A stretch of DNA of 64,000 nucleotides from Myxococcota bacterium (GCA_039028615.1 JBCCHT010000027.1:96001-160000); one strand, 5' to 3'. Positions 31,108 through 41,628 are shown, counted from the first letter of the stretch. Program-made: numbers and translations. The notes: generated by a model from the letters alone, not told the origin.

Positions 31108-31959
31108 TCAGCTCTGGGTGTTCATCCACAGTCGCTGGGTGTTGCCCGGGCGGTGCTCGACCCGATGCAACGTCAGCTTGGCGCCCTGCTCGATCTCGTC
31201 TTGCAGGGCTCGAATCGCGCCCGGGTTGTCCGAGTCGACGAAGCGATCACCGCCCTCGGTCGGCCGTCGCCAGCCCGGCATCAGCGGCGCCGAGACCCGG
31301 TCGTCGGCGGAGTCGATGCGGTACGTGAAGGTCTCCACGTGGGTGTGCGCGGGCGTGTAGGCGTTGAGCAGGTGCATCTCGCCGAGCGCCAGGTGCAGGT
31401 TGATGCTGGTGCTGGACCACTGGGTGGCCCCGTACTGCTTCTTCACCCGCGCCACCTGGGTGGCGTAGCTCTTGGTGATCGTACCGAGCCCCGAAAGCGG
31501 CTCCGTCTGGGCGACGTAGTTGCTGGAGCTGAGGTTGTGGCCGAACCACGCATCCTGCTCGCCGCAGCGGATCGCGACCCACATCGAAAGCGGCACGAAC
31601 ACCTCGTTGTTCGAGGGGCCGAGCACGTCGTAGGCCCGCCGCAGCTCGTCGCCCAGCTCCTTGGCCTTGCGCCCGAAGCCGAACACGATGCCCGGGAACT
31701 CGCCGCAGTCGAAGAGCACCCAGCGCGGCATGAGCATCTCTTGGCCGCCGAACGAGAAGGCGTCGAGGCGGTGCAGGCCGTCGATGACCTCGCGGCTGCG
31801 CATGCGGGTCGGGTCGTAGGTCCGCTCGTCGCTGATCTCGAGCCCGAAGGGTTTGAGGTTGAGCGCCCCGTGGTTGCCCGGGTACGTGACCAGGTACGGC
31901 TCGCAGGTCTCGAGGATCCGCTGGTACTTGGGCGCGAGGTCCTTGCGCGCTAGCTCCAC
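31108..31959 (-). CDS. Hypothetical protein translationally coupled to argF
   Basis: 283-aa ORF, strong codon bias, start overlaps argF end. Confidence 0.75.
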   Translation of the reverse strand: MELARKDLAPKYQRILETCEPYLVTYPGNHGALNLKPFGLEISDERTYDPTRMRSREVIDGLHRLDAFSFGGQEMLMPRWVLFDCGEFPGIVFGFGRKAKELGDELRRAYDVLGPSNNEVFVPLSMWVAIRCGEQDAWFGHNLSSSNYVAQTEPLSGLGTITKSYATQVARVKKQYGATQWSSTSINLHLALGEMHLLNAYTPAHTHVETFTYRIDSADDRVSAPLMPGWRRPTEGGDRFVDSDNPGAIRALQDEIEQGAKLTLHRVEHRPGNTQRLWMNTQS

Positions 31960-32891
31960 GATGCGCCCTCCATGAGCAGGAGCATCAGCGCCTTCTGGGC
32001 GTGCAGGCGGTTCTCGGCCTCGTCGAACACGACCGAGCGCGGCCCGTCCATGACCTCGGCGGTGACCTCGTCACCCCGGTGGGCGGGCAGGCAGTGCATG
32101 AAGATCGCGTCCTTCTTGCCCGTGGCCGCCATCAGCTCCTCGGTGATGGTGTAGCCGTCGAGGGTCTTCATCAGCGCCTTGGCTTCCTCTTCCTCGCCCA
32201 TGCTGACCCAGGTGTCGGTGTAGAGGATGTCGGCGCCCTTGACCGCCTCGCGCACGTCGGTGATGACGGCGCAGCGGGTGCCGGCCGACGCCGCATCGGC
32301 GCGCGCCCGGTCCAGCACGGTCTTGTTGGGGCGCAGCGACTCGGGGCACGAGACCACCACGTCCATGCCGGAGCGCGGCCCACAGAGCATCAGCGAGTGC
32401 GCGACGTTGTTGCCGGCGCCGATGTAGACGATCTTCTTGCCCTGGGTCGTGCCGAGGTGCTCGCGAATGGTGAGCAGATCGGCCAGCGCCTGGCAGGGGT
32501 GATACAGGTCGGTCAGCGCGTTCACGACGGGGATCGAGCCGTGCTCGGCCAGGCCGTCGACTTGGTCCTGACCGAAGGTGCGGATGACGATTGCGTGCAG
32601 GAATCGCGAGAGCACCTTGGCGGTGTCGGCCACCGTCTCGCCGCGTCCCATCTGCATGCCCGTGCCGCCCGAGGTGCTCAGCACGACCGGCTGGGCACCG
32701 AGCTGGTGCAGGCCGACCTCGAACGAGATGCGCGTGCGCGTGGACTGCTTGGCGAAGATCATCGCCACGGACTTGCCCGCGAGCGCCGTGCTGTACTCGG
32801 CCGGTTTGGCCTTGACCGCAGCCGCGAGGTCGACGACTCGGCTGGTCTCGGCGGGGGAAAGATCCAACAGGCTACGCAGGTGTCTCGTCAT
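31950..32891 (-). CDS. argF: Ornithine carbamoyltransferase
   Basis: STRTR, HPCQALAD, YTDTWVSMG, FMHCLP, FDEAENRLHAQKA. Confidence 0.95.
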   Translation of the reverse strand: MTRHLRSLLDLSPAETSRVVDLAAAVKAKPAEYSTALAGKSVAMIFAKQSTRTRISFEVGLHQLGAQPVVLSTSGGTGMQMGRGETVADTAKVLSRFLHAIVIRTFGQDQVDGLAEHGSIPVVNALTDLYHPCQALADLLTIREHLGTTQGKKIVYIGAGNNVAHSLMLCGPRSGMDVVVSCPESLRPNKTVLDRARADAASAGTRCAVITDVREAVKGADILYTDTWVSMGEEEEAKALMKTLDGYTITEELMAATGKKDAIFMHCLPAHRGDEVTAEVMDGPRSVVFDEAENRLHAQKALMLLLMEGASWS

Positions 32892-33025
32892 CGCGGACAA
32901 CGATATGCCGAATTGGCGGACGAGTGCCGTGCTGGAATTGTGTCGGTAAACACACGTCTGTTCGGCGCTCGTTTCGACGCCGAACCACGGTGAAAACGAG
33001 CCCGCGACAGCGCGGGCACCTGGGC

Positions 33026-33910
33026 CTACACCGGCGTCTCGACGCCCGTTTCCACCGGGGCCGGGGCAGGCACGGGCCCGGGGCGAGGCGCCTGCGGAAG
33101 CGGGGCCACCGGGTCGGATTTCGGCTCGACCGGTCGGTCGTCTCCGGGTGCCGTTTTGGAGCCCGGCAGCGGCGGTGCATCGGCGACCGGAGCCTCGTCC
33201 GTGGCCTCGGAAGGAGCCGCCGGAGCGTCGTTCGGCGGGCTCGAATCGGGCGACCCGGTCGTGGTCGTTTCCGCGGCCGGTTCGATCCCGGGCAGCGGCG
33301 CCGGGGCTGTCGTCGTCCCCTCGGTCGGCGCGGCATCCGGGGTCTCGGGGGCGGCCGGGAGTCGGTCGGAGAGCGGGACCGGTGGCGGGGCGGCGGGCGT
33401 CGTTCGGGGCTTGGGCGCAGCCTGCTTCACGGGCTCGGCCGGGGTCGACGGGCGAGCCGACTCGGGGGCCACGGGCTGCTCGGCGGTCACGTCCGGGGCC
33501 GGCGGCGTGGGCTCGGCCGGACGCCGGGGTGCGCTCTTCGCCGCGACCGCGGCATGGGCCACGATCCCCTCGTCGGTCGCGCGCACCGCCCCCGGGGACG
33601 GCTCGGACTCGGCCGCAGCCGGGGTCGGGTCCTGCGCCTTCGCGTCGGACTCGGTGACGTCGGGCGCCTTGCTGGCCGCGGTCGGAGCGGGCGGCTCCGC
33701 GTCGCTGCTCGCTCGCACCGCCATGATCCCGCCCGACACGAGCAGCGAGCTGGTGACGATCGCCGCCACCAACAACCCGGGGCCACGCGTGGGTTCTTCG
33801 GAGGAGACCTGGGGGCGCTCGGACGCGAGGTCCAGCTCGTAGCCCAGCTCGGGCGCCTCGGACTCGAGCCGTCGCTCGTGCTCATGAAGGGATTCGGGCA
33901 GATCGGTCAC
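33026..33910 (-). CDS. Single-TM Pro/Ala-rich hypothetical protein
   Basis: TM GLLVAAIVTSSLLVSGGIMAV then long P/A/E/T tail; start uncertain. Confidence 0.55.
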   Translation of the reverse strand: MTDLPESLHEHERRLESEAPELGYELDLASERPQVSSEEPTRGPGLLVAAIVTSSLLVSGGIMAVRASSDAEPPAPTAASKAPDVTESDAKAQDPTPAAAESEPSPGAVRATDEGIVAHAAVAAKSAPRRPAEPTPPAPDVTAEQPVAPESARPSTPAEPVKQAAPKPRTTPAAPPPVPLSDRLPAAPETPDAAPTEGTTTAPAPLPGIEPAAETTTTGSPDSSPPNDAPAAPSEATDEAPVADAPPLPGSKTAPGDDRPVEPKSDPVAPLPQAPRPGPVPAPAPVETGVETPV

Positions 33911-34139
33911 GGGCGTTGCGCTCCTCGAGGCGAGACCGACGAAACGCGCGACCGCGGCTGCAATGTTCCCGGGAGCAAAACCAAGGGCAGACGACGCACG
34001 AAGGCCGGTTTTTCTGGTGTAGCCAATCACTCGCCGATCCCAAAGAAACTGGGATCTCGCCGCTGAACATTCGCCTGCGACCGCTCGCACGATCGCCCGG
34101 TGGCGCACTCGGCTCGGGTGCTTCATTCCAGGAGTCGGC

Positions 34140-35282
34140 ATGCACCCCCGCGTTCGAATCGTATTGCTCGCCGCATTCGCTGCGCTGTCGGTCGCGGTCC
34201 TGCCCTCGGCCTGGCACGCCCGCGATGCCGACCGCCTGTGGTCCGACGACGCGCAGCTGCAGGGCGCCCTGGCCCGGGGCATCGACCACAGGCGCCACAC
34301 CGAGCTTTCCCCCCAGGACTTCCTGACCGGTCACGCCCGCTTCGATGGCGAGTGGCTCTTCGGCACGTACATGATGGCCGGGCTCGGCTACGCGCAGACC
34401 ATGCCGGCCACGTCGCCCGAGCGAACGGAGCAGCTGGCGGCGATCGAGGACTGCATCGAGCACGTACTCTCGCCCGCCGCTCGCGGCTTCGACCGTGCCG
34501 CCTGGGGTTCGGACCCCATCGACGATTTGGGTTCCGACCGGGGTCACGCCGCCTATCTCGGCTACCTGAATCTCCTGCTGTCGGTGCATCGCCACCTCGA
34601 CCCCGACTCGCGTTACGCCGAGCTCAACGACCGCATCTCCGCCCACCTCGAGCAGCGCCTGGCCCAAAGCCCCATCGGCTTGGTGCAGACCTATCCCGGG
34701 GAGACCTATCCCGTCGACAACACCGCCATCTTCGGCGCACTGGCGATGCACCAGCGCGTCAGCGGAATCGACCACGGCGCCGCGCTGCGAACCGCGGCGC
34801 AGACCTTCGCTCGAACCCGGGACGAGCGCGGCCTGCTGATCCAAAAGGTCGACTCCGACAGTGGACACACCGTCGATGGTCCCCGTGGCTCGGGCACCGC
34901 CCTGGCCACCTACTTCACCTCGTTTTGGAGCGAGGAGCACTCGCGCTCGCTCTACGACGCCATGCACGAGAACCTGCGCCGCGAAGTGCTCGGCTTCGGG
35001 GCCATCCGCGAGTACCCGCCCGGCGTCGACGGCCGCGGCGACATCGACTCCGGCGCGGTGGTGTTCGGCGTGAGCGTCTCCGCCTCCGGCTTCGCGCTGG
35101 CGGGCGCCCGCATCCACCATGACCAAGAGACCTTCACCGATCTACTCGCCACAGCCACCCTCTTCGGCGCCCCCGTCGACCGCGACGGCCGTCGCAACTT
35201 CGCGCTCGGCGGGCCCCTGGGCGACGCCTTGATGTTCGCCCTGCTCACCGCTCACCCCTCCTCGCACTGGAGCGCCCGATGA
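34140..35282 (+). CDS. Exported alpha/alpha-barrel-like protein (linalool dehydratase/isomerase-like family, tentative)
   Basis: Signal peptide; GEWLFGTY, YLGYLNL, TYPGETYPVDN, REYP, GDIDSG motifs. Confidence 0.55.
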   Translation: MHPRVRIVLLAAFAALSVAVLPSAWHARDADRLWSDDAQLQGALARGIDHRRHTELSPQDFLTGHARFDGEWLFGTYMMAGLGYAQTMPATSPERTEQLAAIEDCIEHVLSPAARGFDRAAWGSDPIDDLGSDRGHAAYLGYLNLLLSVHRHLDPDSRYAELNDRISAHLEQRLAQSPIGLVQTYPGETYPVDNTAIFGALAMHQRVSGIDHGAALRTAAQTFARTRDERGLLIQKVDSDSGHTVDGPRGSGTALATYFTSFWSEEHSRSLYDAMHENLRREVLGFGAIREYPPGVDGRGDIDSGAVVFGVSVSASGFALAGARIHHDQETFTDLLATATLFGAPVDRDGRRNFALGGPLGDALMFALLTAHPSSHWSAR

Positions 35283-35521
35283 CCCTTCGTCGCACGATGG
35301 CCCTCGCCACCGCCGGGCTGCTCGTCGCCTTCGGCCTGCACCACTGGGCGGCGGGGGCCCTCATCGATCACGGCATCGCCGGGGCCCTGCTCGCCGGGGG
35401 CGGCGGGCTCGGCTCCATCCTGCTCGCGGCGAGCTTCATGCTCCTGCGGGTCGTGGGCACGCTCGTGCTGGCGCTGCTGCCCGCCGCGATCCTGGCGATC
35501 CGCACCCGACGTGGGTCCTGA
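35279..35521 (+). CDS. Small membrane protein
   Basis: 80 aa, hydrophobic; ATGA overlap with upstream gene. Confidence 0.65.
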   Translation: MTLRRTMALATAGLLVAFGLHHWAAGALIDHGIAGALLAGGGGLGSILLAASFMLLRVVGTLVLALLPAAILAIRTRRGS

Positions 35522-35527
35522 GCGCGA

Positions 35528-37132
35528 TCAGGGCACCCACTCGTAGGCGCCGATGTCCGGCGCTCCGCTGCGAGGCTCCCCCCGCTGGTCGGTCTGCGGC
35601 GCCCCTTCGGCCACCCCTGCGTCGATCGCCGGGCTCCCCTCGAGTAGGGGCAGCACTGGGGTCGGGCCGCCGTGGTCGTCGAACTCACCGAGCATCGGGT
35701 CCTGCCGGATCACGCTCTCGGCCACGGATGCGTCCGAGTTTTCGTCGATGACCAGGTCGGGATCGAGGAACTGCATGTTGCCGCCGCCGTCCTGCAGCGG
35801 CCGGTTGGTGTGGAAGTTGGCCCAGCCGCCCTCGCGGTTCGAGGTGTTGTCGACGAACAGCGAGTTCCGCAGCGAGACGGTCGCCGTCTGCGACGCCTGG
35901 ATGCCGCCGCCGTGGAAGCGCGCGTAGTTGTCGGCGAAAGTGTTGTGCACCACGCTCACCGGCCCCTGCGCGGCCGTGAACGCCCCGCCCATGCCCATGT
36001 CGCCCCGCACCCGATTGTTGAACCAGGTGACGTTCTCGAGCACGAGCGAGCCGCCGCCCGTCCAGTACCACATGCCTCCGCCCTGCAGGTACGTCTCGTT
36101 GTCGAAGAAGGCGGTGTTGGTGACCGAGGCCCGGTTCTCCGCCGGGTTGGCCGGGACGGCGTGGGCACTGTCGTCCATCAAGAAGACCGCGCCCCCCTGC
36201 CCTTCTTCGTTGCTGGTGCTGACGTTGCCCTCGAATAGCGACTGGTCGATGGTGACCGCGGTGCCCGTCTGATGGTGGGTGACCAGGTAGATCGCGCCAC
36301 CACCGTTACGGGCGACGTTGCCCTCGAAGCGCGTGCCACAGATGTTGAGGTAGGCCGTCTGCTGGTTCTGCGAGACGGCATCCAGCGAGATGGCGCCGCC
36401 GTGCCCCTCGAGCGCCCCGCCCCCGCCGGGGCCGTTGGTCTCGTTGTTCACGAACACCGAGTCGACGATCGAGAAGCTCGTGCCCAAGCCACCGATGGCG
36501 CCGCCGTTGCTGCCGACGTTGCGCACGAAGGTCGAGCCCGAGATCGTGACGTCGGGCATGTTGAAGCCATACAGGGCGCCGCCCCGGATGTCCCCCGGGC
36601 CCGTGGCCTTGGTGAGGTTGTCCTCGAAGTCCACGTCGATGACCGTCAGCGAGCCCTGCCCGGGCTGACCGTCGGCGGTGAAGCCATTGGCCATGATCGC
36701 GGCGCCCGAGCGGCGGCTGAAGTGCTCGTCGTCGGAGACCTGGTTGTTGCCGTTGCGCAGCGTGACGTCCTGGATGGTCACGTCGACCGGTCCCGTGACG
36801 AACAGGTGCGTCCGACCGCCGCCGTCGATGATGTTGCCGTCACCATCGATCACCGCGGGCACGTCGACGGCAAACGGCGCGGTGGCTTCGATGTCCTCGG
36901 TGAGCAAGATGGAGCCGCCCGCCAGCAGTGCCTCACGCAACTCGTCTTCGTTGCTCACCAACGTGACGTCGTCACCGAGATCGACCTGCGGGGTGCTCTC
37001 GCAGCTCGCCGCCAGCGGATCGAGGTCGCCGGGATCGACCGTGGCCCCGTCGTCGCCGCCTTCGCTGCCGTTGCAGCCGATCGAAAGCGGCAGCACCACG
37101 ACCGCGATGCCCATCAAGCCTGCGCGTCTCAT
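35528..37132 (-). CDS. Right-handed beta-helix lipoprotein (GGAI/FxxN repeats, choice-of-anchor Q-like C-terminus)
   Basis: Repeated GGAI/GGAL and FxxN; GSPAIDAG...DQRG..R...DIGAYE. Confidence 0.85.
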   Translation of the reverse strand: MRRAGLMGIAVVVLPLSIGCNGSEGGDDGATVDPGDLDPLAASCESTPQVDLGDDVTLVSNEDELREALLAGGSILLTEDIEATAPFAVDVPAVIDGDGNIIDGGGRTHLFVTGPVDVTIQDVTLRNGNNQVSDDEHFSRRSGAAIMANGFTADGQPGQGSLTVIDVDFEDNLTKATGPGDIRGGALYGFNMPDVTISGSTFVRNVGSNGGAIGGLGTSFSIVDSVFVNNETNGPGGGGALEGHGGAISLDAVSQNQQTAYLNICGTRFEGNVARNGGGAIYLVTHHQTGTAVTIDQSLFEGNVSTSNEEGQGGAVFLMDDSAHAVPANPAENRASVTNTAFFDNETYLQGGGMWYWTGGGSLVLENVTWFNNRVRGDMGMGGAFTAAQGPVSVVHNTFADNYARFHGGGIQASQTATVSLRNSLFVDNTSNREGGWANFHTNRPLQDGGGNMQFLDPDLVIDENSDASVAESVIRQDPMLGEFDDHGGPTPVLPLLEGSPAIDAGVAEGAPQTDQRGEPRSGAPDIGAYEWVP

Positions 37133-37182
37133 CGGCCCCAGCCTACCAAGCGAGCCCGCCCCGTGCGCGTCGCGAGACGGGT

Positions 37183-37764
37183 ATGGTTCCGCCCGTGCCC
37201 CGGCCCTCCCCGCAATTGCTCCAACGGTGGATGTGGGTGTGGCTCGTCGCCGCCGGCTGCGGTGACGACTCCGCTCCCCCGTCATCGTCGGGCAGCGAGT
37301 CGTCGACCGGGATCGTAGGCGAGCCCACCACGACTACGAGCACGACCGGCGGCACTGGCTCCGCGGACTCGACCTCGGGCTCGGGCGCGACTTCGTCGTC
37401 GGGGTCTTCGAGCACCGGGCTGTCGGACTCGAGCTCGAGCTCGAGCGACTCGAGCGGATCCGAGTCCGGCTCCAGCAGCGACAGCGGCACCATGCCCGTC
37501 ATGCCCTGCCCCGACGGATGCGCGGTGGAGTTCGCCTGCGGCGACGAGTGGCGTTCCACCGAGGCCTGCGTCGCCGACTGCGAGGCCAACCTCATCGAGG
37601 CCGAGCGCTTCAACATCGCCTGTCGGGCCGCGTGGGAGGACCTCCACGCCTGCCTCGGCACCCTGAGCTGCGAACAGTTCGAGCAGTGGCTCAACCCGAC
37701 CGGCATCCCCTATCCCTGTCTGTCCGAAGACGAAGTGCTCACCTTCGAGTGCGCCGGGCAGTAA
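37183..37764 (+). CDS. Cys-rich lipoprotein with Ser/Thr linker
   Basis: AAGC lipobox, S/T/G tract, eight-Cys C-terminal domain. Confidence 0.7.
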   Translation: MVPPVPRPSPQLLQRWMWVWLVAAGCGDDSAPPSSSGSESSTGIVGEPTTTTSTTGGTGSADSTSGSGATSSSGSSSTGLSDSSSSSSDSSGSESGSSSDSGTMPVMPCPDGCAVEFACGDEWRSTEACVADCEANLIEAERFNIACRAAWEDLHACLGTLSCEQFEQWLNPTGIPYPCLSEDEVLTFECAGQ

Positions 37765-37771
37765 CGCGACG

Positions 37772-38701
37772 ATGGACGAGAGCCTCGGACAACTCGCAGG
37801 GCTGGGCACCGCCGCCTGCTGGGCGATGACCTCGCTGTTCTTCGCCGATGCGAGCACGCGCGTGGGCTCGCTGGTGGTCAACTTCGTGCGGCTCGTGCTC
37901 GCCCTGGCCATGCTGAGCCTGGTCACCAGCATCACCCGCGGCATGCCCTGGCCCACCGACGCCACCGGACACGCGTGGCTGTGGCTCAGCGTCTCCGGGC
38001 TGTTCGGCTTCACCCTCGGTGACCTGTGTCTGCTGCGGGCCCTGGTGGTCATCGGGCCGCGACTCGGGTCGCTGCTCATGTCCTTCGCCCCTCCCTTCAC
38101 CGCGCTCATCGGCTGGGCGATCCTCGGGGAGACCCTGCGCCTCGATCAGCTCCTGGGCATGACGCTGACCGTCGGCGGCGTGGGCTGGGCGCTGGCCGAT
38201 CGGCGGCGCGACGACGATGGCGATGGCGAGAAGAAGGACGAGTCCGCCCAAGCGCCGCTGGACCGCGGAGCGATGGTGCGCGGCGTGTTGCTCGGCATCG
38301 GAGCCGGGCTCGGGCAAGCCGCGGGCTTGGTGCTGTCCAAGTACGGCATGGGTGACTACGACGCGATGGCGGCCACCCAGATCCGCGTGGTCGCGGGCGG
38401 CCTCGGCTTCGCCGCGATCTTCACCGCGACGCGGTGGTGGCCGCGGGTTCGCTCGGCCTTGAGCAACCGTCGGGCCATGCGATCCACGACCATCGGTGCC
38501 GTCTTCGGCCCCTTCCTGGGCGTGTGGCTGTCGCTATTCGCGGTGCAGCACACCAACGCGGGCGTCGCCGCGAGCCTCATGGCCACGTCGCCGATCATCA
38601 TCATTCCCATGGTGGTACTCGTGCGGCGCGAAAAAGTGGGCTGGGGCGGCATCCTGGGCACGGTGCTGGCGGTGGCCGGAGTGGTCCTACTCGTGCGCTG
38701 A
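37772..38701 (+). CDS. DMT/EamA family transporter
   Basis: About 10 TM in two repeats; LGE, SPIII...REKV. Confidence 0.9.
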   Translation: MDESLGQLAGLGTAACWAMTSLFFADASTRVGSLVVNFVRLVLALAMLSLVTSITRGMPWPTDATGHAWLWLSVSGLFGFTLGDLCLLRALVVIGPRLGSLLMSFAPPFTALIGWAILGETLRLDQLLGMTLTVGGVGWALADRRRDDDGDGEKKDESAQAPLDRGAMVRGVLLGIGAGLGQAAGLVLSKYGMGDYDAMAATQIRVVAGGLGFAAIFTATRWWPRVRSALSNRRAMRSTTIGAVFGPFLGVWLSLFAVQHTNAGVAASLMATSPIIIIPMVVLVRREKVGWGGILGTVLAVAGVVLLVR

Positions 38702-38902
38702 ACGCCTCTCAGAGCACTTTCGCGTCGCTTGCGCGGCCTCGTTCGAGACGGACGCAAAAAAGTATCTCGGACCTAGATCGTCGGGTGGATCGGGCCGTTG
38801 AGTACCGCATCCAACGACGACCGAGCCCGGGTCTCCCGCCTGTCGAGGCGGCGCTCACCCGACCGGCTGGCGGTCGTCGAATGCACCGAAGAGACCACCG
38901 CC

Positions 38903-40798
38903 ATGCGTCACTCCACGATCATCGCCCTGCTCCCCACCGCTTTGTGCCTGAGCCTTTCGATCGGCTGCGACTCCCCCGTGAACGCGCCCGAGGCTGAGGC
39001 CGAGTCGAAGGTCACGCCCCCCACCGCCTCCACCCCCGAGTCGGGAGCTGCGTCCGCGGCCGATGGCACGGCCGCCGTGAAGCCGATGCCGACCACGGTG
39101 TCCACTCCCATGCAGGAGGTGGCCGAGGAGGAAGCCGACGATCGCGAAGCGCCGGCCGAGGACATGATCGCGGCGGCCGAGCCCGAGCCGAAGAAGGAAA
39201 TGGCCCCCGTGCCCCAGGCCGCAGCCAAGCCCGGCGGGCCACCCAAGAGCATGCCCAGCCGTTCGCGGGGCATGAAAAAGAAGCGCCCCTCCGTCGCCAA
39301 CAAGGGCTCCATGGGCCCGATGGGTGGCATGGGCGCCTGGGCTCCTCCTCCCCCGCCCGCCCCGGAGATCTCGGCCGAGGCCTACGACCACATCGCCGAG
39401 AACGAGTTCACCGCCGTCTCCGACGACCCGCGCTCCACCTTCTCCATCGACGTCGACACCGCGTCGTATAGCAACATGCGGCGCTTCCTCAACGACGGCA
39501 CCATGCCCCCCGCCGACGCGGTCCGCATCGAGGAGCTGGTCAACTACTTCAGCTACGACTACCGCAGCCCGGCCGGCGGTGACCCCTTCTCGCTCACGGC
39601 CGAGACCGGCGCCTGCCCCTGGAACGAGACCCACCGCCTCGTGCACGTGGGCATCCAGGGCAAGATCATCGACCAGAGCGACGTGCCCGCCCGCAACCTG
39701 GTGTTCCTGTTCGACGTGTCGGGCTCGATGAACAGCGCCGACAAGCTGCCCCTGCTCAAGCGCGCCTTCTCGCTGCTCGCCGACAACCTCCGCCCCCAGG
39801 ACAAGGTCTCCATCGCCGTCTACGCCGGGGCTTCCGGGGTCGTGCTCGAGCCCACCTCCGACAAGGCCGAGATCCTCTCCGCCCTGTCGCGGCTCGAAGC
39901 GGGCGGCTCGACCAACGGCGGCGCGGGCATCCACGCCGCGTACTCGCTGGCCAGCAAGGCCTTCATCCAGGACGGCATCAACCGCGTCATCCTGGCCACC
40001 GACGGCGACTTCAACGTCGGCACCACCTCCGAGGGCGAGCTGGTGCGGCTCATCGAGAAGAAACGCCAGTCCGGCGTGTTCCTGTCGGTGCTCGGCTTCG
40101 GTAGCGGCAACCTCAAGGACTCCACCATGGAGAAGCTGGCCGACAAGGGCAACGGCAACTACGCCTACATCGACTCCATCAACGAGGCCCGCAAGGTGCT
40201 CGTCGAAGAGGCCGGCGCCACCCTGGTCACCATCGCCAAGGACGTGAAGATCCAGGTCGAGTTCAATCCCGCCGAGGTCTCGAGCTACCGTCTCGTCGGC
40301 TACGAGAACCGCAAGCTCGCCCATGCCGACTTCAACGACGACACCAAGGACGCGGGTGAGATCGGGGCCGGCCACAGCGTGACCGCCATCTACGAGGTCG
40401 TGCCCGCCGGTCGCGGCGCCTCGCCCAAGGTCGACGAGCTCAAGTACCAGGACGAAGGCACACTCTCCACGGCCGCAGGCAGCGGCGAGCTGATGACGGT
40501 CAAGGTCCGCTACAAGAAGCCCTCGGGCAACAAGAGCAAGCTGCTGTCCTTCCCCGTCACCGACTCGGACACGCGCGTGGCCGACACCAGCCGTGACTTC
40601 CGGTTCTCGGCCGCCGTCGCCGGCTTCGGCATGCTGCTCCGCGACTCCGAGCACAAGGGCGACGCCACCTTCGACATGGTGCGCGAGCTGGCCAGCGACG
40701 CCCTGGGCACCGACCCCCACGGCCGCCGCGCCGAGTTCGTCGGACTCATCGACAAGGCCAAGTCACTGTCCTCGGGCGGCAAGGTCGCGAAACGCTAA
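38903..40798 (+). CDS. VWA-domain lipoprotein (YfbK-like)
   Basis: STFSIDVDTASY, DVSGSM MIDAS, LATDGDFNVG, IAKDVKIQVEFNP, YRLVGYENR. Confidence 0.92.
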   Translation: MRHSTIIALLPTALCLSLSIGCDSPVNAPEAEAESKVTPPTASTPESGAASAADGTAAVKPMPTTVSTPMQEVAEEEADDREAPAEDMIAAAEPEPKKEMAPVPQAAAKPGGPPKSMPSRSRGMKKKRPSVANKGSMGPMGGMGAWAPPPPPAPEISAEAYDHIAENEFTAVSDDPRSTFSIDVDTASYSNMRRFLNDGTMPPADAVRIEELVNYFSYDYRSPAGGDPFSLTAETGACPWNETHRLVHVGIQGKIIDQSDVPARNLVFLFDVSGSMNSADKLPLLKRAFSLLADNLRPQDKVSIAVYAGASGVVLEPTSDKAEILSALSRLEAGGSTNGGAGIHAAYSLASKAFIQDGINRVILATDGDFNVGTTSEGELVRLIEKKRQSGVFLSVLGFGSGNLKDSTMEKLADKGNGNYAYIDSINEARKVLVEEAGATLVTIAKDVKIQVEFNPAEVSSYRLVGYENRKLAHADFNDDTKDAGEIGAGHSVTAIYEVVPAGRGASPKVDELKYQDEGTLSTAAGSGELMTVKVRYKKPSGNKSKLLSFPVTDSDTRVADTSRDFRFSAAVAGFGMLLRDSEHKGDATFDMVRELASDALGTDPHGRRAEFVGLIDKAKSLSSGGKVAKR

Positions 40799-40829
40799 CG
40801 TCCGCCCCTCCTCCAACCCCGTCCCCCTC

Positions 40830-40874
40830 GCACCCGCATGGCTCTGCCCCGAGCCTTGCGGGTGCTTTTCGTTT
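40830..40874 (+). terminator. Intrinsic terminator
   Basis: GCACCCGCA...TGCGGGTGC stem followed by TTTTCGTTT. Confidence 0.75.
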
Positions 40875-40980
40875 CGAGACGCGGTCGTGAAATCGCTCGA
40901 TAGCGTCATTCGGTTCCACTATGGGTCGGTCGTCGTTTGCTCATGGATCGCAACCGACGGCGTCCCTACCATCCCGCGCC

Positions 40981-41610
40981 ATGGCGATCCGACTAGGCGA
41001 TACCGCTCCCGATTTCACGGCCGAGACCACCGAAGGCACGCTCAGCTTCCACGAATATCTCGGTGATTCGTGGGGCATCTTGTTTTCGCATCCCAAGGAC
41101 TTCACCCCCGTGTGCACCACCGAGCTGGGCCAGGTCGCCAAGCTCAAGGCCGAGTTCGAGAAGCGCAACGTCAAGGTCATGGGCCTGAGCGTCGACCCCG
41201 TGTCCGACCACAACAAGTGGGCCGCCGACATCGAGGAGACGCAGGGCACCGCCCTCAACTACCCGCTCATCGGTGACCCCGATCGTGCCGTCGCCACCGC
41301 CTACGACATGATCCACCCCAACGCCGACAACACGCTCACCGTGCGCTCGGTGTTCATCATCGGCCCCGACAAGAAGGTGAAGCTGACCATCACCTACCCG
41401 GCCAGCACCGGTCGCAACTTCGACGAGATCCTCCGGGTCGTCGACTCGCTGCAGCTCACCGCCAACCACAGCGTGGCGACCCCGGTGAACTGGAAGCACG
41501 GCGAGGACGTCATCATCGCGCCGAGCGTCTCCAACGAGCAGGCGGCCGAGCGCTTCCCCGGCTACCAAACGATCAAGCCGTACCTGCGCGTGACGAAGCA
41601 GCCGGAATAA
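40981..41610 (+). CDS. 1-Cys peroxiredoxin (Prx6)
   Basis: FSHPKDFTPVCTTE, YPASTGRNFDEILR, ATPVNW. Confidence 0.95.
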   Translation: MAIRLGDTAPDFTAETTEGTLSFHEYLGDSWGILFSHPKDFTPVCTTELGQVAKLKAEFEKRNVKVMGLSVDPVSDHNKWAADIEETQGTALNYPLIGDPDRAVATAYDMIHPNADNTLTVRSVFIIGPDKKVKLTITYPASTGRNFDEILRVVDSLQLTANHSVATPVNWKHGEDVIIAPSVSNEQAAERFPGYQTIKPYLRVTKQPE

Positions 41611-41628
41611 CCACACCCGGGCCAATCG

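Noticed and set aside
38855..40720. 621-aa - strand ORF (likewise 22999-24537, 24558-26213, 41573-43609)
   Set aside because: Mirror frames of well-supported genes, caused by codon bias
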